From Candidatus Poseidoniaceae archaeon (GTDB taxonomy: Archaea; Thermoplasmatota; Poseidoniia; Poseidoniales; Poseidoniaceae): DNA of 64,000 bases. The position numbers were made by a program, and so were the translations under genes. The stretch spans positions 79,458 through 143,457 of the forward strand of contig CBFIJH010000005.1 in assembly GCA_965662895.1 (NCBI GenBank), in the 5' to 3' direction. Position 1 is the first letter of the stretch, and every line of letters begins with the position of its first letter. Below, piece by piece: positions 54,884 to 64,000 of the stretch. The notes under the pieces are model-generated. The model had not been told where the DNA came from. It worked only from the letters and a program-made list of their open reading frames with translations, and made no database searches.

Positions 54884-56965
54884 TCATGAACCATACTTCT
54901 CTTTGATATCGTTGTGGAAATTATCGAGGAGCGTGTCTTCAAACAATTCGGTCTGACGGCGTATCTTTGTTGAGCGTATGTGAAGAATCGCTCCGAGAAT
55001 GAAGACAATAATCATGATAGGTATAACGGCTTCAAGTTTGTATTGGTGCATGATTTTTACAATCCCTTCAGCGGTATAGGCCCATGTAATCGATGCGATA
55101 AATCCGCCAATCATCGTTGCAGCCAGAACACGCATAAATTTCATTCGAGAAAGGAGGCCAAGCATGGCTCCTACAAGAACACCCGATGCCATAAATGGGA
55201 TCCATACAAAGACGATAAGTCCCCAGAATCCCCATTTGTTGATCATTTCACGTTTTTCGTTTGCAGTATATTCAACCGTCGATAAAATGTCTCCAAGGAG
55301 TTTTGTCTGAAGCATTCTGCCTCCAAAACCGTCCTGCCGAGCAACTGCGGCGATGCGCTCATCCTTGTCCCCTTTGCGTTCAACACGTCCCGCTCCAGAC
55401 CGATCAGCAAGTGTGGAGACTTGGTTGCGTGCCTTTACGACCAATTCCTGTGAGGTGAGAATGTCTTGATTTCGCTCTGAGATGTAGCTGCGCAATTCGT
55501 CTTCAACCTCGGACGCTTGGCGTTTAAATCTGAAGAAGGCTAAACGCGTGGTAGGCTTGAAGATGACCGAAACAAATACAATACGGTCATCGCTGGTGAT
55601 GACGGCATTTTGAAGTTCGAGTGTTTTGTCCCGTACGAAGTAAAGGTCCAGAGAATCACGAACCTCATCTTCGATTCTGGAAAGAGAGTGGAGCTCTTCA
55701 AAGAACGATGCATAGTTTTCAGGTGGCGCATCATCACCAAGGTCTCCAACTCCAACACCAACACCAGAGTCAAAATCAATCGCTTGGCCAGATCCAATCG
55801 AACGAACCGTCAATTGAACAGGTTTGAAGACTCGGAACAGAGCGAACTCTTCAAGCACGTCCTTGAGAATCTCATCTCGAATGCTTTTGCTATCAGAGAG
55901 TGTGTTTTCTGTGTTTTTGTACGGAACCATGATGTCGATGGATAAATCCCGCGGTTCCACTTTTGCCAAGTCATGATCGACTTCGATTCCAAGTCGTCGT
56001 TCACAACGGGAGATGATGTCATCAACCAATCGAATGATATGGTTACGGGACAGAATATCGTCCGCTTCTTGGTGATAGACTTTGTACATAATTGGGTAAG
56101 CAATCAACAATGAAAAGATCGAAAGTGAGAGCGAATTAAATGCCATCCACCATGCTGGAATTCCTGCTGCACCACCGGCAAGCATAGCGGTTTCACGACC
56201 GCCACCTAGTTCTGCAACGAGAAGAATGTAGCCCCAATTGCCGAGCTCTTGTACCGACCAGCATGACCTCGCTCCAGAATCCGTAATTCGCACTTCTGGA
56301 TGTTCTTCGCCTCCAAGGAACGGAAGAATGCCGCCTTTCGTTCCGATGTCAAGTTCGAATTCAAGCGCCTTGGAGAGTTGTTCCACTACGTTGGTTTCAT
56401 TTGATGCATCTTCGGAATTATTGTACAGTGAGACGGATAATGTCACTTGATAGTCGCCCTCCTCCAACGTACTGTAATCCGCCTTTGCATGAACTCGATT
56501 TACTTCGTTGTCCAGTACGCGTTCAATACGGGTCGATGGTGAATTTTCATCCGAATCCTCGGATTCGATGTTGTATTCGAGAATAGCAATCCCTGCTGGT
56601 AAGTTGTAGGCGTTGAGAGAGAATTGTTCTTGATCCTCGTTGGGGAATATGAGGATCCAAGGCTCATCGTCAATTTCAACGCATTCATCGCCAATATCGA
56701 GGAAGGTTGTTGATGCGGAATGATCAAGCGATGTTGACTGGCCAAGAAGTCCCGATGACATCGAAAGAATAAGCATGCCGTAGAGAATACCGTATGCAAT
56801 ACCAATCAGCAAAACTGGATTTTCTTTTTTTGCGAACATACTTCGATTATCGCCATCTGTCCGTCTTCTGCGGATATCGTTGAGTTCTTTGAGCAAGGGG
56901 TCGCCCTTCGATTCAGATTCAATCTGCTCTTTGGGCATTTCATCCCCAACAGCAGCTTCGCCCAT
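54884..56965 (-). CDS. Membrane protein with an extracellular domain and a split COG2426 (small multidrug export-like) domain
   Basis: N-terminal TM, acidic exodomain; LGGGRETAMLAG..GIP.W segment; C-terminal WGFWGLIVFVWIPFMASGVLVGAMLG. Confidence 0.7.
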   Translation of the reverse strand: MGEAAVGDEMPKEQIESESKGDPLLKELNDIRRRRTDGDNRSMFAKKENPVLLIGIAYGILYGMLILSMSSGLLGQSTSLDHSASTTFLDIGDECVEIDDEPWILIFPNEDQEQFSLNAYNLPAGIAILEYNIESEDSDENSPSTRIERVLDNEVNRVHAKADYSTLEEGDYQVTLSVSLYNNSEDASNETNVVEQLSKALEFELDIGTKGGILPFLGGEEHPEVRITDSGARSCWSVQELGNWGYILLVAELGGGRETAMLAGGAAGIPAWWMAFNSLSLSIFSLLIAYPIMYKVYHQEADDILSRNHIIRLVDDIISRCERRLGIEVDHDLAKVEPRDLSIDIMVPYKNTENTLSDSKSIRDEILKDVLEEFALFRVFKPVQLTVRSIGSGQAIDFDSGVGVGVGDLGDDAPPENYASFFEELHSLSRIEDEVRDSLDLYFVRDKTLELQNAVITSDDRIVFVSVIFKPTTRLAFFRFKRQASEVEDELRSYISERNQDILTSQELVVKARNQVSTLADRSGAGRVERKGDKDERIAAVARQDGFGGRMLQTKLLGDILSTVEYTANEKREMINKWGFWGLIVFVWIPFMASGVLVGAMLGLLSRMKFMRVLAATMIGGFIASITWAYTAEGIVKIMHQYKLEAVIPIMIIVFILGAILHIRSTKIRRQTELFEDTLLDNFHNDIKEKYGS

Positions 56966-57009
56966 AACAGGTCTACGCATACGGTAGCAAATGAACCCAT
57001 TGATTTGCA

Positions 57010-57085
57010 TGGTGGGTTAGGCCGGACTTGAACCGGCGACCTCGGCATCTTCAGTGCCGCGCTCTCCCAACTAAGCTACCAACCC
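57010..57085 (-). tRNA. tRNA-Phe (GAA), intronless, CCA encoded
   Basis: GGGTTGGTAGCTTAGTTGGGAGAGCGCGGCACTGAAGATGCCGAGGTCGCCGGTTCAAGTCCGGCCTAACCCACCA: 76 nt, 7-bp acceptor stem, anticodon stem CGGCA/TGCCG, loop CTGAAGA, TTC loop. Confidence 0.97.
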
Positions 57086-57128
57086 GTGCGTCTTTGCGAC
57101 GACGCTCAAGATTTCAAGGCTTCGTTGG

Positions 57129-57953
57129 TTACTCTTGACCGTGAAGAATGGTTTTTTGCATCTCAAACAGCGAGGAAAACCCGATATCTGCCATATCAAG
57201 AAGTGCATCAAGTTCCTTACGTTGATAGGTCGATTCTTCTCCAGTACCTTGAACTTCGACGAATGCACCGTTGCTGATTTTAACCACATTCATGTCAACA
57301 TCGGCATTTGAGTCGAGGTTGTAGTCCAGATCGAGATACGACGTTCCGTCAATGAGCCCAACTGAAATTGCAGCCACATCGTGGGGAAGGACCCGCATCT
57401 CATGTGCCATTTGATCGTCTTTTGAAAGCGTGGGCGCAGTCCATCCTGAGCGACGTTGTTCTTCGGTTGGACGCATGTGCTGGGGTAGACAAACGCCTGA
57501 AGCAATCAACCGACGTATTCCAAGACGGAGAGCGAGGTTTGCTGCAGTAATCGAAGCACAGCGCGTTCCTCCATCAGCATTGAGTATGTCACAATCGACG
57601 TTCAATGCAATTGGACCGAGTTCTTCCAAATCCACTGCAGCACGAAGTGATCGTGCAATCAAGCGTTCAATCTCCTGTGTTCGTCCTTTTGCTCCTCTTC
57701 GTTCTCGACGGAATCGTGAATCCGTTGAGCCTGGCAAGAGAGAATACTCTGCATGAACCCATCCTTTGTTGGAATCCCTCGGAAACCATCCTGGTAGGCG
57801 GGCTTCCTTGGTGCAACAAGCAAGGACAACAGTTTCTCCTTGACGATAAAGAATTGATGCAAGAGCGTTGGTTGTGAAATCGATTTCAACTTCCACGCTT
57901 CGCATTTCATCTGCTTTTCTTGTAGTATTCAATTCGGTCTTGAATTTGGCCAT
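57129..57953 (-). CDS. rph: Ribonuclease PH (bacterial-type)
   Basis: GWVHAEYSLLPGST..R..RE..GRTQEIERLIARSLRAAVDL, DCDILNADGGTRCASIT, AAISVG, LDLDY..DS.ADVDMNVV, VEVQGTGE. Confidence 0.92.
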   Translation of the reverse strand: MAKFKTELNTTRKADEMRSVEVEIDFTTNALASILYRQGETVVLACCTKEARLPGWFPRDSNKGWVHAEYSLLPGSTDSRFRRERRGAKGRTQEIERLIARSLRAAVDLEELGPIALNVDCDILNADGGTRCASITAANLALRLGIRRLIASGVCLPQHMRPTEEQRRSGWTAPTLSKDDQMAHEMRVLPHDVAAISVGLIDGTSYLDLDYNLDSNADVDMNVVKISNGAFVEVQGTGEESTYQRKELDALLDMADIGFSSLFEMQKTILHGQE

Positions 57954-58045
57954 GATGTTCGCACACGGTTGAGTTCATCAACCCTTTTGTTTGCTTGAAA
58001 GTCTGGCATGCGTATGTTCAATAGGCGATTAGCAATGCCCTCGAT

Positions 58046-59236
58046 ATGACAAAGAGGAAGGCTGTTCTCTGTGGTGTTGCACGAACGCCAATCGGTCGAT
58101 TTATGGGCGCACTCTCCACGCTCTCATCCATCGAATTGGGCGTTGCTGCAGTGAAAGAGTTGTGCCAACGCGTTGGCTTCGAACCTTCATCCGGACTTGT
58201 TGATGAAGTTTTGATGGGTCAAGTACTGCAGGCAGGAGTTGGACAAGCGCCGGCGCGCCAAGTTGCCCTCGGTGCTGGTTTGCCGGTAACCACCTCCTGT
58301 GTGACAATCAACATGGTCTGTGGTTCATCACTTCGGGCGGTTATGCAAGCAGCCACAAGCGTTCGGATGGGTGAACACAATGTTGTCATTGCAGGAGGGA
58401 TGGAGAGCATGTCAAATGCACCTCAACTTTTGATGGGGCAGCGCAAGGGAAAGAAAATGGGCGATTCAAAACTCATCGATTCAATGATTCATGACGGCCT
58501 GTGGGACGTTTACAACAACATGCATATGGGCAACACTGGAGAAGTTGTGGCCAAGGAGTGCTCAATCGATCGAAAACAAGCCGATGAATTCGCAGCCCAG
58601 AGCCATCAAAAGGCTGCGAAAGCCTGGGACGAGGGATGGTTTGATTGGGAAACTTTCCCGATTTCGATTCCACAAAGGCGAGGCGATCCGATTGTCCTCA
58701 ATCGTGACGAAGGCGTTCGTTCCGACACAACGACCGAAAGTCTTTCGAAACTTCGTACCGTCTTTGACAAGGAAGGTATCGTTACCGCAGGGAATGCAAG
58801 CACCCTCAACGACGGTGGCAGCGCAGTTCTTGTCACAAGTGAAGCATTTGCGAAGGAGCAAGGTTGGGAAATCCTAGCAACCATTGAGGATTATTGCACC
58901 GCTGGTGTGGAGCCAGAACGAGTCATGAGCGCACCAATTCCGGCTGTCAAGAACCTGCTTGAGCGCAACAATCTCGACGTCTTGGATGTTGATGTTTATG
59001 AGCACAACGAAGCCTTTGCTTCCGCCTCATGTGCAGTTGCCCAAGAAGTTGGAATTCCACACGATCGCTTCAACCTTCACGGCGGTGCGGTCAGTATTGG
59101 TCATCCTCTCGGCTCAAGTGGAAGCCGATGCTTGATTACAATGCTCGGCGCCATGCGTCGAGTCGATGCAAAGTCTGGAATCGTTACGCTTTGTCTCGGT
59201 GGAGGAAACGCCGTTGCAATGTACATAACACGTTAG
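58046..59236 (+). CDS. Acetyl-CoA C-acyltransferase (thiolase)
   Basis: RTPIG, GQAPARQ, TINMVCGSS, GGMESMS, TAGNAS, NEAFA, GGAVSIGHPLGSSG, TLCLGGG. Confidence 0.96.
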   Translation: MTKRKAVLCGVARTPIGRFMGALSTLSSIELGVAAVKELCQRVGFEPSSGLVDEVLMGQVLQAGVGQAPARQVALGAGLPVTTSCVTINMVCGSSLRAVMQAATSVRMGEHNVVIAGGMESMSNAPQLLMGQRKGKKMGDSKLIDSMIHDGLWDVYNNMHMGNTGEVVAKECSIDRKQADEFAAQSHQKAAKAWDEGWFDWETFPISIPQRRGDPIVLNRDEGVRSDTTTESLSKLRTVFDKEGIVTAGNASTLNDGGSAVLVTSEAFAKEQGWEILATIEDYCTAGVEPERVMSAPIPAVKNLLERNNLDVLDVDVYEHNEAFASASCAVAQEVGIPHDRFNLHGGAVSIGHPLGSSGSRCLITMLGAMRRVDAKSGIVTLCLGGGNAVAMYITR

Positions 59237-59244
59237 AAGAACAA

Positions 59245-61410
59245 TCATTCTTCTTCGCTTGGTTTGAACACTGAAAAGATGCCAACGTCTTCGATGATGT
59301 CCGAAGCTCCTGGAAGGACCGAGAGGACATCATCTGTCCGCAACCCCGTTGATTTGTAAATCCGGTTGGCAAGTTGTTCTTTTTTGGTTATACCGGGTGA
59401 TAAAACGGCATACCGTTCGCAACGTTCTTTGATCGAAGAAACGGTTCCACCCATAAGCAACGGAACACCATTGATGGCAACAAGTCCGATGCCCATTTGA
59501 ACACTCAAATCTTTGAACCACTGCCGTTGACCCCGAACGATAAATGCTCCTTTGCCCACGTACTCTCCAGTTTGAGCAGATTTCGAGACTTGGGCAGGTT
59601 TGACAGCAAAAACGGTCCCATGTGCACCTCCACCGTTCCATGCACGACTCCAACAAAGCGCCAAAGTTGCCGCTTCTTCCAATTTCGAATCGGTGATTCT
59701 TTCGTCCCCGAGTTTGTCAACGAGTTTGAACGATGGAACTCCTGGGGGTAGTTGGCCATACGGTTCTTCAACGATCGCAAATCCTTGAGACGCTCGTAAA
59801 CTGCAACTTGGAGCACCGTGAATATCTGCATGAAGGTACATGTCGCTACCAGAAAGGTGCTTCTTAACAATGGAATCATTCCCTTTTGCATCTCGGCCAC
59901 CGACCAATAAGTGGCCTCCAGAAATCATGCTCCAACGGTGCTGTTCAAACCACAGACGTTTGGATCTTCTCACAGTCTGCATTCGTCCAGTCGCTTTTTG
60001 TTTTGCCTCTTTTTTCTGTGCACGCTTAAACGCAAGTTTTGTTTCCGCAAGGGCGGTCGTTGCTCCAGCAGTTTTGTCCTTCTGTTTGCGTGCAGCCTCG
60101 AAGTATCGTTGCGCGTTCTGATGGACAGAATCATCGAGATGAAGAGTAAACGCCTGCCCAGGTTGCGCATTTTCATCAGGAAGCCGGACTGTCATGGTGC
60201 GATCTGCAGCGTTCCCAGAATCCACCCACGGATTTTCTTTCAATCCTTTGAGGACGGTTTTCCATCCTTGCTTTTCGACCGCTTCGCGTGCTTGATTGAG
60301 AACGGTATCAACGTGCGTCCAATGTTCTTGAATCGCATGTCCAATGGCTTGCTGTTTCTCGATTTTCTTGGCAAAACCGTCAAGCGCTTTTTCTTGTTGT
60401 TTCATTCTCCGTTCCAATTTTTCAACTTCTGTTGAATGCCCACGGCCCGGTGCGGCAGCGTCCAATTTTTCTTGCTCTCGACGTGCAAGCGCATTGGCAT
60501 CATGATGGCCTTTCCAGGCATCGATCGCAGAGCATAAACTCGAACACTGGTACGAGATTTCGCCCGAATGTGAAGGGAGCAACAGTGGTGTTGCCTCTTT
60601 GGCAGTTTCACGAAGAGCTGTGCTTGATTTCGCATTAAGCGTTTTCATCGTTGTAATAGTACGCAGTGTTTCTGCATCGTAATCGCTTGTTGGTTTGAGA
60701 ATCAAATGTCCGGATTGGCTTGAATGAAGGCTCGTGAGGAAGAACGAGAGTGAATCGAGAACGAGTGAAACATCCGCATCTTTGGCTGAACTGTTTGGTT
60801 CAAGACCAGCATGCTCACACACCGCGTTTGCATAGATCCTTCCAAGATTGATTTTTCCTCCGAGCGTTGAAACGAGGTCTCGATCGGATTCATCAAAGAT
60901 GTGCTTGAGCGATTCAAGCGTCAATGTGTGCGGGTCAATTGCAGCGGGAGGAGGAATGTAGACTTCGCCCTTCTTGATGGTGCGTCCAGAATAACTCGCA
61001 TGGGTTAATGGTTGAAGAATGACGTCGTTTTCATCCATCAAGATGACGTTCCCATTTCGGAACAATTCAACACTAAGAGACCGCTGTCCATGTTTTGTAT
61101 CAAAACGAAACATAAGGACACGGTCGAATCCAAGTTGTTCGACCTTTGTCATTCGCGCATTCTTCAGATGCTTCCTCAACACCATGGCAAAGGATGGAGG
61201 CGTCATTGGCATCGGCCGGTCACGTTTCGAGGTGTAGACTCGTTGACCTCGAACAATCACCAAATCAAATTGTTCTGCTTCTTTTGGATTGATTCGAAGA
61301 ACAATTTGTTCGTAATGAGGCATGTAGGCTTTTTTAACGTAGGCTCCAGACCATGCATCCAATTCGAGTGAAACTGCTCGAACATCAAAACCGGTCATGG
61401 CGTCTTTCAT
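59245..61410 (-). CDS. rqcH: Archaeal Rqc2/RqcH (NFACT family) ribosome quality-control factor
   Basis: MTGFDV, PPSFAMVLRKHL, FDRV, ELFRNGNVIL, NAQRYFE..K, WFEQHRW, GGRDAKGND..VKK, HADIHGAPS, QVSKSA.TGEYVGKGAFIVRG. Confidence 0.92.
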   Translation of the reverse strand: MKDAMTGFDVRAVSLELDAWSGAYVKKAYMPHYEQIVLRINPKEAEQFDLVIVRGQRVYTSKRDRPMPMTPPSFAMVLRKHLKNARMTKVEQLGFDRVLMFRFDTKHGQRSLSVELFRNGNVILMDENDVILQPLTHASYSGRTIKKGEVYIPPPAAIDPHTLTLESLKHIFDESDRDLVSTLGGKINLGRIYANAVCEHAGLEPNSSAKDADVSLVLDSLSFFLTSLHSSQSGHLILKPTSDYDAETLRTITTMKTLNAKSSTALRETAKEATPLLLPSHSGEISYQCSSLCSAIDAWKGHHDANALARREQEKLDAAAPGRGHSTEVEKLERRMKQQEKALDGFAKKIEKQQAIGHAIQEHWTHVDTVLNQAREAVEKQGWKTVLKGLKENPWVDSGNAADRTMTVRLPDENAQPGQAFTLHLDDSVHQNAQRYFEAARKQKDKTAGATTALAETKLAFKRAQKKEAKQKATGRMQTVRRSKRLWFEQHRWSMISGGHLLVGGRDAKGNDSIVKKHLSGSDMYLHADIHGAPSCSLRASQGFAIVEEPYGQLPPGVPSFKLVDKLGDERITDSKLEEAATLALCWSRAWNGGGAHGTVFAVKPAQVSKSAQTGEYVGKGAFIVRGQRQWFKDLSVQMGIGLVAINGVPLLMGGTVSSIKERCERYAVLSPGITKKEQLANRIYKSTGLRTDDVLSVLPGASDIIEDVGIFSVFKPSEEE

Positions 61411-61421
61411 GTCAATCCCTC

Positions 61422-62444
61422 TTACGCATTAAATCTCAACAGTACTTTACCAATATTCTTTCCATCATGGATGTGCTGGTGGGCTTTTGCAACGTCTTTA
61501 GCATCAAAAATCGAATCGATGATGGGCGATAATGCACCCTCCTTGATTCCATTGAGAATGTTCTGCATTTGTACCTGCATGACCTCTTCATCGCTCCATG
61601 TTCCCATATGGATACCAAAGACGCCCTGATTTCTTGACATCATTAGCATGGGATCGAATCGAGGGCGGCTTCGTAATGCTTTGAGTGCCTTCCACAGCGA
61701 CCTCTTTGACGATGGAGCAGCGGAAGACATGCCGTACGTGTACAATTTCCCACCTTGAGCAAGAACAGCAAGGCTGCGTTTGAGATGACCACCTCCGATT
61801 GGATCGAGAATATGGTCGACGCCTTTTCCTTTTGTCTCAGATTTGATAATTTGAACGAAATCTTCGTTGTGTCGATCGATTGCCTTTGCTCCATACGATT
61901 GAATCGTCTCCGCTTTTCCAGCAGATGCAGTTGCCCACACCTTGGAAACATTTGCCCATTTGCAGAGTTGAAGTGCTGCTGTACCAACCCCTCCTCCTCC
62001 ACCATGAATCAAAACAGAGTCTGTCGACTTCAGATTTCCAAGATGATGCAGCATGTGATGCGCAGTGATGTAGGTCACAGGCATTGAAGCCGCAGCTTCC
62101 AGTGAGATTTCGTCAGGTATTGGCATCGTTCTTGATGCATCTGCAACGACGTGGCTCGCCTGACCACCTGACCGCATAAGACCGACAACTCTCTGGCCGA
62201 TTTCGAATCCTTCAACAGCGTTGCCAATGGCGTGAACAACGCCACTCACCTCGTATCCTGGTGTGAAGGGGAAAGGCGGTCTTGGCTGATAGAAACCAAG
62301 TCGCATCAATGTGTCTGCAAAATTGATTCCTGCAAAGTGTACCGCAATACAAACTTCATGTTCTTTAGGTTCAGGAATGGAAATCTCTTGAACCTCGAGA
62401 ACATTTGGTCCACCTGCTTTTGTAATCACAACTCGATATGCCAT
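61422..62444 (-). CDS. MDR-family NADPH:quinone oxidoreductase (VAT-1-like)
   Basis: GINFAD..RLG.Y, PFTPGYEVSG, PVTYITA, VLIHGGGGGVGTAA, GVDHILDPIGG, NIGKVLL. Confidence 0.9.
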   Translation of the reverse strand: MAYRVVITKAGGPNVLEVQEISIPEPKEHEVCIAVHFAGINFADTLMRLGFYQPRPPFPFTPGYEVSGVVHAIGNAVEGFEIGQRVVGLMRSGGQASHVVADASRTMPIPDEISLEAAASMPVTYITAHHMLHHLGNLKSTDSVLIHGGGGGVGTAALQLCKWANVSKVWATASAGKAETIQSYGAKAIDRHNEDFVQIIKSETKGKGVDHILDPIGGGHLKRSLAVLAQGGKLYTYGMSSAAPSSKRSLWKALKALRSRPRFDPMLMMSRNQGVFGIHMGTWSDEEVMQVQMQNILNGIKEGALSPIIDSIFDAKDVAKAHQHIHDGKNIGKVLLRFNA

Positions 62445-63950
62445 TCAATCATCTCCTGGAATCCATCCTTGGTTCGTTTGTTGTACCCGTCCAGCACGTT
62501 CGTGTGAAAGAAGGTGAGCGAGTGTCTGATCTTGAGCAAGGCCTGGATGCGCATCGGGGGTATTCGCATAGGCTTCTATCGAAATCTCTGAAACTGTTCG
62601 AAGTCCTGATCCGACAGCATCGAGAACGCGTTGGTGGCGCTCCATTCGGTGTTTGATGTAATACCTGAGTGTCTTGTCGGGAAGAGGAATGACTGGGCCA
62701 TGACTGGGAAACATCAAGTGAGGTTCCAGTTTTTGTAAGCGTCGAAGTTGTTCAACATAGACGTCCATATCACCCGTTCCAGGGGGAATAAGGATCGTTC
62801 CAATCCCTGCGACCATATCACCAGCAACAAGCCCAGCTTCGGAAAGAAGGCAGACATGTCCGGGATGGTGCCCGGGTGTGATGAGAACCGTCCAGTCCTG
62901 GTTCCCGAGTTGGAGCACTTCACCATCGACAAGAATTCGGTCACAATGAACCGTTCTCGAGGTGTATTCACTTCCCCAAACGGGAACATCGAACGCTTCA
63001 CGAAGCAAATCCATATCGCCAATGTGATCACCATGCGAGTGGGTGAACAGAATCGCAATGAGTTCGCCTCGATGACGATCAACGGCTTCAGCAAGTTGTT
63101 CCATTCCTTCTCGCATTCGACATGCAGGGTCGACCAGTACGAATTCACCTTCTGGATCACCAACCAGATAGGCATTGGTATGATCTGCTGGAGGTAGTGT
63201 GGCAGTTTTGACAGGAACAACTTCGACTCCGTGAGCAAACAGGATTGAACGGCGTCCAGGTTGCCGTTCCTGCAAATCTTGAGCGGTTTGAATCATGTCA
63301 CCATCAAAATGATTCAAGGTCCGATCAACTTCCATCAAGAGTGTGACAACAGGCGGCGCTACACGGATTTCATGACGTTTCCAGCGTTTGATCATTTCGG
63401 ATGGCCGCATCCATTCAAGCGCAGTAAACTCTGTTTGCAATTCCGTTGTAGGATTGAACTCCTGCTCTCCAATGTGCAGATGGAAGAACGTATTTTCAAA
63501 TTGCATCGGTCCAAATGGTGGCGTTGTTCGACTTGAAATATGTCGGAAATCCGAGGTATCCAGAGCAATGTTTCCTTCTTTCAATGCACGGATGAATGCC
63601 AACTTATCCCCAAGGATGTTCTTTCTCAATGCAACATCAATTTCAGATACTGAGGAACCGTTTGGAACGACGCCCAACTCTTCGCTCATCTCCCGAACAA
63701 CAGCTACAACGGATGAAGTGGAGCCACTTGTCGTATTTTGGACAAAAGCCTCACCTTCATGATCCGTTCGAGAAACACCACCCCCAGGAAATGCCCAGTA
63801 ACCGGGAAACGCTCGCATGGATTCAGCACGTCGTCCCAGAAGGACTTCAACACCATCTGATCCATCACGAGTGAGCGTTAATGTCACCGTTGGACGTGGA
63901 GGCTTCCTCGCAAATACGGGAAGGTTCACACCCTCGGGGACTTCGCTCAT
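62445..63950 (-). CDS. NUDIX (NUDT19-like) fused to a metallo-beta-lactamase (LACTB2-like) domain
   Basis: EVLLGRRA..M.AFPGYWAFPGG..VREMSEELG, TTPP, F.NTFF, APP; then TNAYLV, VDP, THSHGDH, PGHHPGH, GDMVAG.GT..I, PSHG. Confidence 0.88.
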   Translation of the reverse strand: MSEVPEGVNLPVFARKPPRPTVTLTLTRDGSDGVEVLLGRRAESMRAFPGYWAFPGGGVSRTDHEGEAFVQNTTSGSTSSVVAVVREMSEELGVVPNGSSVSEIDVALRKNILGDKLAFIRALKEGNIALDTSDFRHISSRTTPPFGPMQFENTFFHLHIGEQEFNPTTELQTEFTALEWMRPSEMIKRWKRHEIRVAPPVVTLLMEVDRTLNHFDGDMIQTAQDLQERQPGRRSILFAHGVEVVPVKTATLPPADHTNAYLVGDPEGEFVLVDPACRMREGMEQLAEAVDRHRGELIAILFTHSHGDHIGDMDLLREAFDVPVWGSEYTSRTVHCDRILVDGEVLQLGNQDWTVLITPGHHPGHVCLLSEAGLVAGDMVAGIGTILIPPGTGDMDVYVEQLRRLQKLEPHLMFPSHGPVIPLPDKTLRYYIKHRMERHQRVLDAVGSGLRTVSEISIEAYANTPDAHPGLAQDQTLAHLLSHERAGRVQQTNQGWIPGDD

Positions 63951-63952
63951 GT

Positions 63953-63969
63953 TCCACCCTAAGGGTGGA
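63953..63969. repeat. Perfect palindrome TCCACCCT-A-AGGGTGGA directly upstream of the NUDIX-MBL start
   Basis: Read directly; includes the SD-like GGGTGG on the minus strand. Confidence 0.7.
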
Positions 63970-64000
63970 CCGCTTCAAGCCTTTGTGGCTTCACTCGTTT

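Noticed and set aside
57010-57085. tRNA-Phe as an integration site for an island
   Set aside because: I saw no integrase and no duplicated tRNA 3' end; the flanking genes look chromosomal.

Overview
Gene-dense, almost fully coding archaeal window. The best fit is Marine Group II Euryarchaeota (Ca. Poseidoniales). This is an inference from TATA boxes about 22 nt before ATGs, GGAGGTGA-type SD sites, Taw2, archaeal Rqc2/NFACT, TrmB and stand-alone Lrp domains, many bacterial-type enzymes, and very acidic thrombospondin-3-like surface proteins. In order: a small glycan-modification patch (0.6-5.8 kb); cyclophilin, Taw2, uvrC, a wHTH-STAND NTPase and two Lrp ligand-binding domains; several giant membrane-anchored surface proteins (beta-helix/PKD, LDLa-like, TSP3-like, integrin-alpha-like FG-GAP); a ~12.7 kb divergent light/photo-oxidative-stress cluster (ribA, atypical peroxiredoxin, TrmB-V4R regulator, DUF1295, ABC1 kinase, crtI, CxxC lipoprotein, ABA4-like, crtB, GT2 on the minus strand; NUDIX, class II photolyase, SRPBCC-TIGR01777 on the plus strand); then peptidases, pyrC, mog, tRNA-Phe, bacterial-type RNase PH, thiolase, Rqc2, a quinone oxidoreductase and a NUDIX-MBL fusion. 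I saw no CRISPR array, rRNA, transposase or integrase. The best candidate for an undescribed system is the carotenoid/flavin/photolyase cluster with its possible Prx-like sensor and TrmB-V4R regulator. Family calls come from motifs read by eye, with no database searches. Several starts were moved from the ORF track using SD, TATA or overlap cues.
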